64,000 bases of DNA from Seison nebaliae (taxonomy: Eukaryota), in contig JALJEE010001774.1 in assembly GCA_023231475.1 (NCBI GenBank), positions 1 to 64,000 on the forward strand. Reading direction: 5' to 3'. Below the pieces are notes generated by a model that was given only the letters and a program-made list of their open reading frames with translations, searched no databases and was not told where the DNA came from. Both the position numbers and the translations under genes were made by a program. This document shows positions 39,301-53,430 of this stretch, piece after piece (the stretch's first letter is position 1; each line of letters starts with the position of its first letter).

Positions 39301-40663
39301 AACAATGTCCAAGTACAACAAGACGAATCGGTTTCTGTCGAAAAATTTGTGAGAAATTATCAGAATGTAATCCAAATGAGATTTGTTGTATTGATGCGAC
39401 TTTAAGGAATCCGTTCACCAATAAAGATCAACGATGTTGTCGAACAATTGAAGATACGAGTTCCTTCGTTTCTTTTCCGTAAAATTTCAAAAATATATTT
39501 TTTAGGTAAATTTATTTTAGTTAGTGGAAATAAGAGATTTTCGAATAATCATCCCGATGGTGAAGAATGGCTCCGTATTCGATCGCCGTATAATCTTCAA
39601 TGTGAGACGAATGCAAATAATTTACGTTTATATGACGCCCAAAATAAATTGTTGGGTGACACATCGAACGAGGCAACTCGACGATTAATAAGTTAAATTT
39701 TCGTTCGTACAAAATAAACCGAATAAATTTCTCAAGATAACAACATTAATATTATGACAACAAGCAACTCAATATTTATTGGAATTTATCGTATCAATAA
39801 ACAACATTATGGCACTTGGCGATGCTTATCATCAGTCAATGGAGTAACACTTCAACGGAGTGTGATGTTAAAGGAAGAAGGTTTCCTTATCTATTTCTTT
39901 TCAAGTCTTTTCATGTTAATCAGAACCTCTTCGAGTACATGTAACACCGAATGATCAACGGAAACATATTGACGTATCAGCTCAAATCAATTGTATCGTC
40001 AATGGGAAGCCTCAGGCGAATGTTAAGTGGCAATGGAGAAAATCCACTGAATTCCCATATCAGCAACTTAATACTAATTTAAAGTTCATTTTCTTTTCAA
40101 TTAACTTTTAATTATTTGGCGAAATATGAGTAGTGCGGAAGTTCGGCGAATTCCATCGGAAAATGGAATTAATTATCTATTGCGATTAAGAAGAATTCAA
40201 TCGAATAACGCCGGAATTTATGAATGTGTTGCAACAGATAATTTAGGAAGAATGGAGAGACGTACAAGTATTCTTCACGTGCTCAATCGTTAATAGACCA
40301 TCTCCATTATCGTTTTTTTGAAAATTGTATACATCTTCTAATGTTGTTGAAGGTCGACGCACTATCAATCAAGATCGAACGAAAATAACCACACTATCTA
40401 CAACATCGCCAATTGATGAAGAGAAATGTGTTGACAAGAATGTTCCAGGTAAGTTTATTTAAAAAAAATCTAATTTTTTCTCATTTTCCCTAAAGACTAA
40501 CAAAAAAATTTCTAATTGAAATTCTCCATTTTTTCTTTTCTTCATTAATTCTCTTTATCATAATTTCATCGATACAGGTATTCGTTGTGATCTGGTTGTT
40601 CGGTACAATATTTGTACTTATCGAAAAATTTTCGGTGAAATTTGCTGTGGGTGCAAAAAATAA
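33390..40663 (+). CDS. PAPLN: Papilin-like extracellular matrix protein (ADAMTS spacer, TSP1 repeats, papilin-type Cys repeat, ~8 Kunitz domains with some degenerate, 2 Ig, PLAC), >20 exons
   Basis: Signal peptide MYSILYLIFILVKISVIQT; spacer TTIPKGSKNILINE..NY; WLECSSSCGEG; CDISKYGCCLDGLTTAQGENYEGC; Kunitz motifs (YGGCKGNANNF and similar); Ig NAGIYECVATDNLG; PLAC CVD..CDLVVRYNICTY..EICCGC; stop 40661-40663. Confidence 0.85.
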
Positions 40664-43600
40664 TAATAATCATGTTCATTTAGTGCATTTTCCTTTTGTT
40701 TTTCTTTTCTTTTGCTCTTGTGAATAAATTAATTTTTCCCGATAATGACAGATGATTGGCGATTATTTGAAGGAGATATTCATTTTGGGTAGTTCTTCTT
40801 TCCTTCCTCTCGTCTTTCAATCACTATAGACATCATCATATTCTTCACCAATTCAATCAAACCTTTTCGATTTCCTTAATTTTTTTACTCTTTTACCGCC
40901 AAGAAAACAGGAATGACTGATTGAATATTTTGATAATTTCATCTACCTTACATAATTATATGAAGAAGTGAAGTCGAATAATTTTCCTCTTTTTCAACAA
41001 TATCTCCACAAATGACGAATTCAAATTAGTTAGTGAATTACTTATCTGAAAAAGAAAGTATCGCGAGAAAGAAGAAAAAGTGATTTTGCATAATTCTTCA
41101 TTCTCCTCCTTTAAATTTATGGGGACAATAGGACCATTATTACTGAAAAGAAAATTCATTTATCTTCCTACGATTTCTTGCATGCGAGATAATTTTTATT
41201 ACCATAAATTAATTCTATCTTTTATCTTATTGGCCTTTTCCCACTCGAAATTCGCCCGAAGGTCTAGAATAATATAACGATGAATACTCCTGAATTCGGT
41301 AGAGCAGAAAGAAATATTAAGAGATTTGCTCCATTGTGACTTAAATCACGAAAGTGGTCTATAAAAAATCATCTTCTAATTTATGTTCAATTTCATAACT
41401 GTACTTGTTATCATAACCATATTTGTTAATAATAAGTGGATCAAAAACGATAAATACTGACAATCTAGTGAGCGGAAAATCTAGACAATTTCCCCCAATT
41501 CTATTACACAGTTCATTGTGAAAAAAAATGAATTAAAATTGATATGAATGCATTCCGTTTCCTTTTTCACCTGGCCTCTATTAATTATAAATCAGATTCT
41601 GTCTCGTTTCCATAATAATTATTTTATCTGTTTCAATTTTACTGACAGTTTTACATTTTACTGTGAATTGTACTAATTGTAAGAAAGTGAGTTTTTGCGA
41701 AGAAATCAACGAGAAAATATTTTTTGGAAATAAAAAAGATTTTTAATTTTTCCAATTTCATTCATGTTTAAAATTATCTTACACTAATCTATCCGATCCT
41801 TGTATGTTATGGAACACTAGTTTTTTCGTTAAGGAACATGAACCAAATTGACCAATGAAGAAAATTATGCATTAAAACTAATTCTTAATTGTTTCAGATA
41901 TTTCTTGTTGTTCAATAAGGAATTGGAAATTAGAGTTCGATGAGTTGATTAAATTTAAGATATGTGAGTTGTAATTCGAATGTATTTTTATGAGATACAT
42001 GTCGATGTATGTCGATTACGTTAATATGTTTCCCAATTTAATTCAATTTTAAATTGTGTTTTGAAAAGAATAACGATGCTCATCAAAATCGATTTAAGAG
42101 CAATGATAAGTGGAGATGATTATAAAAAAGAATACGGCTCTGTTCCAAGGGAAAAGTGTTATGTTCGTGTCCAGTTTCATTGCATCGTTAGATGGAAATT
42201 AATCGATGGAGGACACGCGAGGGAAATGACGGATTATTGAACATTTGAACAAATACTTGATTAAATAATAGTGATCAGGCGAAATCATTTTCCAAAGAAT
42301 AATCGTCGTGTATGGATTTTGTATGAAACAATTCAGTTTTTCACCAATTGCTTCTTCCGTTTGAATTGCACAAATGAAATACGATTGAGTGTTCGAATTA
42401 GATTAGACGAAGAACAAAACAAAGAATGAAACAAATCTTTCTGAGGATAATAATGAGAAGGAAGAATGAAAAGTTAAAGTCGTTTTTAGGAGGCTATTTT
42501 ACAATCATTGTTATATATAACGGAAGAGAAAAGTTAACAAAAGAGAAATTCGAACGGAAAATGGACATTCTTTTCTAAACTATACAATCTCTCCATTCTC
42601 GTACTAGTGTAATAGAAAGTAAATATTCTTTTCAAATTTGGTGTCGATTGGATATCAGGATTTCCTAAAAGAGGAACGTAAAATACTTTCTTTCCCAAGG
42701 ATCATGCAACTCTATCGATTTGACCATATTGGTCATTGTCTTGGTGGATCGATGATCGAGTTAAGTCTAACCATGGCAACGAACAATGTTATGTAATTGA
42801 ATTTTAATTGACGAAAAGGAATAATGCAAATACATTTATTCGGTCAATTATTTATGGGAAATGAGACAGTTGCGTGTTCTTTTCACAATAATTGTAGTCA
42901 ATCGATTTTTAATATTGTTCCGTTTTTTTCCTTCCCTCTCTTGAGCTTTGACAGATAGTCAAATTATCTATATTTCCCAATCTATTAGAAATATATTATA
43001 TCTCAAGTTAATTTCTCCTTCCTTCATTCTCAACAAAATATTATCTATCCAATTAATTTATCAATCGTTTTATCCGTTTTAGTACAATAAAGAAATCCAA
43101 TAAATTTACTTAATAATTTATGTTTCATTAATGACATTTCTATTTTCTATATATTCAGTTTAAAATAATAATTGAAGATTGTGAAGAATTTAAATTATTT
43201 GGATATGATTAAATGATTGATTTGAGCATGTTTTTGAAAGAATAATAATATCATAATCCGATAATAAAATTCACATGTTTCATTGAGATTTCATTGAGAT
43301 TTCATTTTCGAGTAAACCAGAATCAGATATTGTCTCCAGACGAATTTTATGATTGATATTTCTCTAATATTCCAGTCAATGCACATCGTTTAATATGGCA
43401 TCGAATTGGATTAATTCAATTTAACTATTTCAAGCATAGTAATCGGCCCTCCTACGTAAAAGAAAAGAATAATAGATCGGAAATTGGAAAAGCATCGATT
43501 GTTCTTTCTAATATAATTAATTAATTAATAGTATTATGTTTTTATGACATTAGAAGAATATAGGAAATTTCATATGCTACTGATAGAAAAATACTACAGA

Positions 43601-44086
43601 TTGTGAGAAGGTGATGATATTTGGAGAGAAGGTGATAAGTTCGAAAGAGATGATTGATGTATTTATTAAACTGCTTCATTAAAGAAGCGAATGTTAATGA
43701 TATATTTGAACGAATATTAATATCATGTTGGAAGACATTATAAGATGTTTATGTGAAGTGAATTGATGTATCATGCGAGAGGAAGAATGGAAGCGATCAG
43801 TTTTTGATGGATCATCTTCCGATCTATCTATTATTTTAAAATAATTACAAATATTAGATAATCATACGATGAAAATTATGAGGAAGAGATTGTTTGTGTA
43901 AAAAGTAAAATAATAAAAATCTAAATCTAAAATCATAAAATTTATTCCATCAGAATAATTCGTTTAATAATTCTCCCTGAAATTATAATTTTTTTGTTAA
44001 TTTTCAAGAATAATTTTCGAAAGTTAATTATTCATAATAATCTCTTTTCAATTACTGATATGGGAGAATAGAGGGATTGGAAGAAG

Positions 44087-45775
44087 ATGGTGGAAAATGA
44101 ATGTAATCAATTAATTCAATATAATGATTATACTCAATACAATGCTGTTTATTATACGATATTCGCTTGTTATATGCTCATGTCCATCATTGGCACCATA
44201 ACAAACAGTTTATTGATATTTGTTATACTTCTCAATCGTTCATTCCGATCTCAAATCAACAATATTTACCTTCTCAATTTAGCACTATGTGATCTACTAG
44301 TTTCCCTCATCAGTTTGCCATTGAAAGCTTTCGAATTACTCGTACCAATCACTTTAATTATTCCATCGGATCATTGGTTAATTCACACGTCAATTCTTTG
44401 TAACATTAATGAATTCACTGCGCCACTTCTCGTATTCTCATCCATTTATACATTAGTAGCAGTTTGTGCGGAAAGGTTAAATAATTTTTAAATAAAAATT
44501 CAATTAATCAATTAAATTCTCTTTCAAAGATACTTCGCTATTTGTCATCCAATGTCGACGTTGAAGAGTAATGGAAAGAAGAGAGCAGCAATCACTCTCA
44601 TTTTTAGTTGGTTGGCCTCCGCCATCATTTGTTGTGGTTTCCTCATCGTTAGATATAAACCGGAAATTCTTTGTGAAATCGGAAGTATTTTAAATCATTT
44701 GAGAGATAATCCAATGTTAAGACAATTCTATTCACCATATCTCAAAAATCAAACTATTGAATTGACCACTCCAAATTTGGAAGAATTTTTCATCGCCAAA
44801 TTGAATACTACCACATTTCCATCATTTACTACCGATGATATTTATTCTGACAATTCTTTCAACTATTTAACAATTAAACAGAATCTCCATATGAGATTGA
44901 GATGTCCACCAGCCACACCAGAAACTTATTATAAAAAATTACATGTCACTTTTCTATTTATCGTCGGTTACGCCTTACCAATGATTCTCATCACATTCCT
45001 TTGTGGTCGTATCATTTTCACTTTATACAAATCAACAAATTTCCATTCAGATTCCTTAAAGAACAATAGTCATGCCAATTATCCCCAATCATTCCGACAA
45101 ACCATCAAACGATTCACTTTGACCGATAATGAAATTTTAAAGAAACCGTTATCAGGAAATACACGGAAAAAATCATTTCTTCATATAAAACGCGATTCGG
45201 AAGTATCAATATTTTCAGATATAAACAAAAATTCAGATAATGATATTAACGACGGTAACAAATTATTAGATGGACATCAATCCTCCGAAACAAACGACAG
45301 GAAAAAATCGACAAATAATTTAAAACGGAAATTTTCCAGTTATATCGGAACATCACGTCGATTAACTACTCCGATCAATATGCCTGCATCAATACAACGA
45401 CAATCAGAAAACCGTTTAAAATTAGCAAAGATGATGTTAATCGTCATCTGGTCATTCATGTTAGCATGGACACCGTTTTTTATGATAAATATGTTTACTG
45501 TTTATGGTTCGAATGTTTTTCGTTATGGAAATTTCTTTTTTATCGGATCTCTAGTTCACTTTACCGGATTTTTAACTACTTGTACGAATCCATTAATTTA
45601 TATGTGTATGTCGGAACGATTCCGTCATCATATTCCAATCGCCTTCCGTAATTTCGCGAAAATTATTCATCTCATCAAATCCACCAACAAATCAAATCAA
45701 CGATCAACATATGAATTCTCATCGATGGATTATTCGATACGTCGATCAACAATCACACATCATCAAAAGATATGA
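44087..45775 (+). CDS. Rhodopsin-family neuropeptide GPCR (CCK/gastrin/QRFP-like), 2 exons (intron 44476-44529)
   Basis: NIYLLNLALCDLL, SIYTLVAVCAERYFAICHP across the intron, GYALPM, FMLAWTPF and CTNPLIY. Confidence 0.9.
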
Positions 45776-45956
45776 CCACTTTTTTCCTTCAAATATTTTC
45801 AAATTAAACAACAAATTTTACGATATATTTTTTTCTTTCAAAAGGAAATTTCTCAGTCTTTTCTTCGAATTTTTTCATTATTCATTGGAAATTCCAGAAA
45901 AATTAGAAAACAAAATAAAAATTACAATTCTTTTAATTTTTCTTCAATTGATGGAA

Positions 45957-47284
45957 TTATTCCGTGCCGATCAATTCATTAACTAGAAAATGGAAAATTA
46001 TAAGAAAATTAAATTTTTAAAAATTTCAAAACTGTTCATTGGCATCTCATCGATCTGTGTCGAATAGAATTGTTCGATGTCACGTAATAATTGAATATCA
46101 TCACTTCGAGCGAAATTAATTGCGACTCCTTTTCGTCCAAATCGTCCCGAACGACCAATACGATGAATATATAATTCTCGATTATTTGGTAGATCATAAT
46201 TGATAACTAATGAAACAGAAGGAACATCTAGTCCCCGTCCACAAACATCGGTTGATATGAGAACTCGTCTAAAATAAAAAGAGAAAAATTTAAATTTAAA
46301 AAAATTTTTAAAAAAATTTTTAAAAAAATTTGAAAAGAAATTTAACGTTTTTGCATCTCGAAATTGTTTGACAATTCCTTCACGTACTTGTTGTTTCATA
46401 TCGCCATGTATTGATGATACAGTAAAATTAGATTCTTCCAATTGATTCGCTAACCATTCCACTTTCCGTCGAGTATTACAAAAAACTACTGCTTGAGCTA
46501 CCGTCACAGAATCATAAAGATCACATAAAGTTTCAAATTTCCATTCTTCCCGATCTACAGCAACGAAGAATTGTCGAATACCTTCCAATGTCAATTCGTC
46601 ACGATTCACCAAAATTCGAATTGGTTCCGTCATAAATTTATTTGTGATTTCAATAATTTCTCTCGGTAAAGTGGCGGACAAGAGAACAACTTGTGTCTCT
46701 GGTGGAAGATGACGATAAATAGCATGAATTTGTTCACGGAATCCTTTATTCAACATCTCGTCCGCTTCATCTAACACGAGAATAGAAATATTTGACGTTC
46801 TCAAATGTCCTCGTTCTATCATGTCAATTACACGACCAGGTGTCCCACTTATCACATGTTGACCATAATCTAATTTCCTGATATCTTCATTCAAATTCTT
46901 CCCACCAATACACGAATGACATTGCACGTTCATATAGTCACCTAAAGCTAACATGACACATTGGATCTGTTGGGCTAATTCACGTGTGGGAGACAAGACT
47001 AATGCTTGACAATCACGATGTTCAATTTGAAGTCGCTGCAATATGGAAATACAATAAGTGGCAGTTTTTCCAGTTCCTGATTGTGATTGTGCAATTACAT
47101 CTCGACGACGAATTATTGGACGGATGGCACGTTGCTGAATTGCTGACGGTTTCTCAAATCCATATGAATAAATGCCACGAAGTAAATTTCGGTTCAATCT
47201 CATATCATCGAAACTACGATAGACACCAATATTCTCATTCGTCTTAAAGTCTTTTTCGCTTAAATCATTTGTAATCGTTGGCAT
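45957..47284 (-). CDS. EIF4A3: DEAD-box RNA helicase eIF4A-III (exon junction complex core), 3 exons
   Basis: [76 protein letters not shown]. Introns at 46269-46346 and 45983-46032; the spliced C-terminus is MPMNINELIGTE*. Confidence 0.95.
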
Positions 47285-47754
47285 GATTTTCGTCCGATAT
47301 ACGACTAAAAATGTACTTTGAAGATATATATATATTATTCTCAAATATTACTCTCTCCCATTTGGAGAGTCGTTTTATTTTTTCTCTTCAGTTTTCGATT
47401 TTAATAGAAATATAACATATTCTAAATTCAAATTTTAAGCAGTTAAAAATAGAATCAATTGAAAATTAATTATTAATTTAGATCATCAATCTAATTAAAA
47501 TTTGAAAGGACTTTGATTTAAAAAATTTTAGAATATAAAAGTTAAGCGTAATTTAAATAATATTAAATTTTCTTCTTATAAAAAGCTTATAATTTGAATT
47601 ATTACAAAGTGAACCATTAGACTTAGAATTGGAAAATAACACGAAAATGAAAAATATCATTCAACACTTTTCCTGAAAGTAGAAAAATAACATTCTCATT
47701 ACTAGAACTATAATTTCTGCTTGCAACATCTATTCGGTAGAAAAGTTCCAAATA

Positions 47755-50700
47755 ATGTTTTTGCTGAAGCAACGTTCATTATACAGGAATTTATCCCGTT
47801 GTCGTATTGCCAGTACACAACGAGACTTCCAAACTTCGAAATTATTATCCAATTATGATAAGAAGAAAGAAAAAATAGTTCCCATAAACAAATTACTGGT
47901 TGCTAATCGAGGTTCCATATTCTCTTGTCTTTTTTTTTTTATTTCTAATCATCTTCATCAAATTTTTCTTTTTTTCTTATTTACTAAATAAATTATTGAA
48001 ATTGATTGATAAATAAATTTAATTTAAAAAAAATCTCAATTTGTTTACAGGTGAAATTGCGATAAGAATCTTTCGAGCTTGTACTGAACTTGGAATTCGA
48101 ACGGTTGGAATTTATTCGCCGCAAGATTTGGGACAAGTTCATATCATCAAAGCTGATGAGTCGTATTGTATTGGAGAGAATTTGGAACCATTACAAGCTT
48201 ATCTTTCTGTCGATCAAATTATTGAGACGGCAAAAGAAAATGGTGCAGATGCTGTGCATCCAGGATATGGTTTCTTATCGGAAAGAAGTGATTTTGCTAA
48301 AGCTGTGGAAGACGCTGGATTAATTTATGTTGGTCCAAAATCATCAGTTGTGAAATTGATGGGTGATAAAGTGGAAGCGAGAAAATGTGCAATCGCTGCA
48401 AATGTTCCAGTCATTCCAGGAACGGATCAACCATTAATATCAAGTGAAGATGCTCTGGAATTTTGTGAAGAACATGGAATGCCAATTATGTTGAAAGCAG
48501 CATATGGTGGTGGTGGTCGTGGAATGAGAATTGTGAAAAGACTAGAAGATTTAGAGTCTCAATTTAATGCAGCTTTTAGTGAAGCGAAATCAGCATTTGG
48601 AAATGGAAGTTTATTTATCGAACGATATATGGAACGACCAAGACATATTGAAGTGCAGATTTTAGGAGATAAATATGGAAATATTGTTCATTTATATGAG
48701 AGAGATTGTAGTGTTCAACGACGACATCAAAAAGTCATCGAAATGGCACCAGCAGCAGCTTTGTCACAACAACAACGTGACGCTTTGACAAATGATGCGT
48801 TAAAATTGGCGAAATATGTGAATTATTCGAATGCAGGAACTGTTGAATTCTTGTTAGATACGAAAACGAATAAACATTATTTTATTGAAGTGAATGCTCG
48901 ATTACAAGTGGAACATACGGTTACAGAAGAAGTAACAGGAATAGATCTCGTTCAATCTCAAGTTCGAATAGCAGAAGGACATTCATTAAGACAATTGGAA
49001 TTAACACAACCAAATATTTCAATTAGTTCATGTGCAATCCAATGTCGAATGACAACAGAAGATCCAACGAAAAATTTCCAACCAGATACTGGTCGTATCG
49101 ATGTATTTCGTTCGGGTGAAGGTTGTGGAATTCGAATTGATTCAGCTAGTGCATTCTCTGGTGCCATCGTCTCACCATATTATGATAGTTTATTAGTGAA
49201 AGTGATAGCAAGAGCAAAAGATCATCGAGGAGCTGTCAATAAAATGTTGAGAGCATTGAAAGAATTCCGTATTCGTGGTGTGAAGACGAATATTCCATTT
49301 TTGTTCAATGTATTAAATCATCCTAAATTCAATGGGAAAGATATTGGGAAAGTTGATACATTGTTCATTGACGAACATCCCGAACTCTTCAAATTGCCAT
49401 GGGGACAAAATCGAGCGAATAAAATTTTGAAATATTTAGGTGAAGTCACTGTGAATGGTCCGACTACACCGATGGGAGTTCCTGATGTCAAACCAGCAAA
49501 TGTTCAACCAATCGTTCCACCAACAGATCGTAATACAAAATTGACAGGTTGGAGAGACATTTTAACGAAGGAAGGACCTCATGCATTCGCTCAAGCAATT
49601 CGTTCTCATAAACCGTTATTATTAATGGATACGACAATGAGAGATGCTCATCAATCTCTTTTAGCTACAAGAGTTCGATCATATGATATTTATAAAATCG
49701 CTCCATATGCAGCACAAGAATTAAATGGATTATTAGCATTGGAGAATTGGGGTGGTGCCACATTCGATGTCGCTATGAGATTTTTATATGAATGTCCTTG
49801 GGAAAGATTAATTCGTATGAGAGAATTAGTTCCAAATATTCCATTCTCAATGTTACTTCGTGGTGCAAATACGGTAGGATATACCAATTATCCTGATAAT
49901 GTACTCATCAAATTCGCCGATTTATCAGTCAAATTAGGAATGGACATTTTCCGTATTTTCGATTCTTTAAATTATATGCCCAACATTAAAGCTGGTATGG
50001 AAGCGGTGGGAAATGCTGGTGGTGTAATCGAAGCTGCTGTTTCTTATACAGGAAATATTGCTTCGACGAAAGAAGGACAGAAATATACTTTAAAATATTA
50101 TACAGATATCGTTGATGAAATGGTAAAATCTGGTACTCATATTATCGGAATTAAAGATATGGCAGGTTTATTAAGACCACAAGCAGCGAAAATTCTTATC
50201 GATGCCATTCGACAGAAACATCCAGATACACCAATACATTTACATACTCATGATACATCAGGTTGTGGTGTAGCTACTCATTTAGCGGCAGCTGAAGCTG
50301 GTGTAGATATCGTCGATGTAGCATGTGATACAATGTCTGGAATGACATCTCAACCATCAATGGGTGCGATAATTGCTGCTTTAGAAAATACACCGAAACA
50401 AACAGATATCAATTTAGAAGATACTTTCCCTTATTCGACATATTGGGAACAAGCGAGAAATCTCTATAAACCATTTGAATGTACTCATACAACGAAAAGT
50501 GGAAATTCCGATGTATTCTTTAATGAAATTCCTGGTTCTTTTTCAATTTCATTGTATTTTCTTATTTCTTATAATTTTCATTGAAATTAGGTGGACAATA
50601 TACTAATCTACAATTCCAAGCATATTCATTAGGCTTAGGAGAACAATTCGAAGAAGTGAAGAAAGCATATATTGATGCCAATCAATTATTGGGAGATATC

Positions 50701-51746
50701 ATTAAAGTTATCATCTTTTTTCTCATCTCATTTATACTCTCTATTTAGGTAACACCATCAAGTAAAATTGTTGGAGATTTAGCTCAATTTATGGTACAGA
50801 ATAAATTGACGAAAGAAGAAGTAGAAGAGAAAGCAGACGAATTAAATTTCCCACAATCCGTCGTCGATTTCTTCCAAGGTAACATCGGAGAACCATATGG
50901 AGGTTATTTTACCCAATATTCATTTCCATCAAATTTACCATCAAAAAAATTTTTTTTTCAATTTCTATCAAAATTTAAATTTCCATTTTAAATTTATATT
51001 TTTGTTATTTAGGATTTCCGGAGGAATTAAGAAAGAAAGTTCTCAAAGGAAAACCAATCGTTCATGGTTACATAATTTTAATTTTTTAAGGATTTTTTTT
51101 TATTTCAATTTTATTTTCAGGAAGACCTGGCGAACATATGGAACCGTTGGATTTCGATGAAGTGGTGAAAGAGTTGAAGAAGATTGATGTGGATTCTCAT
51201 GAACCAATTAAAGAGAAAGATATCATAAGTGCAGCATTATATCCACAAGTGACGAAGGACTTTCTTCGAATGAGAAACGAATATGGTCCAATGGAGAAAT
51301 TGGAGACTCGAGTCTTTTTTACCGGTCCAGAAATATCGGAAACTGTCACATTAGAGATAGAGAAAGGTAAACGATTAACGATCAAATTGATTGCAATCGG
51401 TGATCTAAATATGAAGACTGGAGAGAAGGAAGTCTTCTTTGAAATGAATGGACAAATTCGATCGATTATGATCAAAGACAAAAAAGCGTCATCGAATTTG
51501 AAAATTCATCCGAAAGCGAATGAAAACGATATTGGATCAATTGGTGCTCCAATGCCTGGATCAGTGATGTCAGTCGCCGTCAAAGTTGGAGATAAGGTAA
51601 AGAAAGGCGATTCATTATTAGTAATGAATGCGATGAAAATGGAAACTAATATCACCGCACCGTTCAATGGAAAAGTAACGGAAATTTTAGTTCAATCAGG
51701 TGACAAATTGAGTGGCAACGATTTATTATTGAAGATTAGCGAATAA
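47755..51746 (+). CDS. PC: Pyruvate carboxylase, mitochondrial, 6 exons
   Basis: Presequence, [16 protein letters not shown], biotin carboxylase motifs, [24 protein letters not shown] and the biotinyl AMKM motif. Introns at 47912-48050, 50535-50590, 50707-50748, 50903-51012 and 51067-51120. Confidence 0.97.
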
Positions 51747-53430
51747 ATTTAATTTGGAATTAGAGAAAATTTTAGTTGTGTTTAGTCTCAATAAATTTCC
51801 ACAGAACAAACATATAATAAGAACATTTAAGCAAAATAGTTGATAGTTGAATTTTTTGAGAAGAAATTTCTTTTTTCTTTAAATAAAATTTTATTTATTT
51901 TTATTTATAATTTTAATTAGGTTGTCGTTGTCGTTGTTGTTGTTGTTGTTGCTTCATCCAAGATGACCATTATCATTGAATATGTTTCATGTAAATTTAC
52001 AAAGAAAATTATTGAATTTAGTTGACGTCGAAATAATGAGGAAACTGAATAATCGACGTCCAATTCAGATAGAGGTGAATGGCAAAGCGACCAATTACTA
52101 TTAGAATGACGTCAGAGAAGGAAATGAATTAAAGAGGTTTGAAGGATGAACATCGTCAAAACGATTTGAAAGTGAAAGACTATTAGAGAATTTATGATTT
52201 AACGTACTGGTGGAGATTGAATGAATTGTGAGATTGATCGGATATTATTTCATTTGGATAATCGACAACTTTTTCTTTTTTTGATGATAAACTATTAAGC
52301 AATCATGAAAGTTGGAAATGAAAGTGAATCAATAAATTTTACGATACTCATCGTCCAGTGAGGACGGATGGCGACGTTGAGAAGGTGAAGTTCATGAAGG
52401 TGAAAAGGAAAGGTTGTTGAGAACGTGTGAAAATTGAAGAATATTAGGTAGAGTTAGATAAATAACCGGAGAAGTAGTAGAAGAAGATGATGATGAATAA
52501 GAAGAAGCAATTTATCTCTTGATCCAATCGAAAATAAAGTAGAACGAAAATGGGAAGTGAAATATAAGTGAGGATGGAGTGAGGATGGAGGACGAATCAC
52601 GATATGGCTAGATCGACAATGACGACAACAATCGGGAGAAAAGGAAACTCTATATGTGGATTTAAGTGAGGATTGGACGCATCGGGTCGAATGATTGACC
52701 ATGTGCTATTATTATTGATGTATTTGAGAAGATCTGAAGCGAATAGTCGCTTATCAACTAAAATTATTGATGTTGATCATGTTAACGATAAGATGGGAAT
52801 AATTAATATTGCATATAGAAATATAATGAAGATGATCATGATGACGATAATGATGAATATGATGAAATAATGATTGTAAGAATACGAATAATAAATTTAT
52901 CGATCGATTCGACACTATATATAATGAACGTTGTCTTCCTAATTTTTCGAATTAAATTAAAAGTTTCGGGATGTGACACTGAGAGCGATTACAGATGAAA
53001 ATGAATAAATTTCTTTCGTCAAATGGACATCATATTAATGACAATGATTTGGGAGATATAAATGTAGGAATAGACGGATGGCAGACTACTAGAAATGTCA
53101 TTGAATTTTGAAAGATTATGTCAAACTGTACGATTGATTAAGTTACAAATCGAATGACGCGTTTCAATGTTAAATAATCCCTTCTCTTGCATATAAGACG
53201 TAAGATCGTGGAGAATCTTTTCTATCTTTATATTCTTATTCTTATCGAAAATAAGTTGAGTTTGTGAAAAGATATTCTTCTTCAATATTCATTCACCAAC
53301 TTCTTGTCGATTGAAGATATTAAAGAACTTTCTAATTCTATTCTATTATTCTATTATTCTTTTTTCCATTTTTTTATAGAAAGAGACTCTAATTAATATT
53401 TTATTTTAAAACTTCAAAAAAAAACGAATA

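Noticed and set aside
33789..39954. Fragmented ORFs suggesting pseudogenes, frameshifts or a variant genetic code (also in PC and LDHD)
   Set aside because: The breaks I examined are resolved by short GT-AG introns under the standard code.
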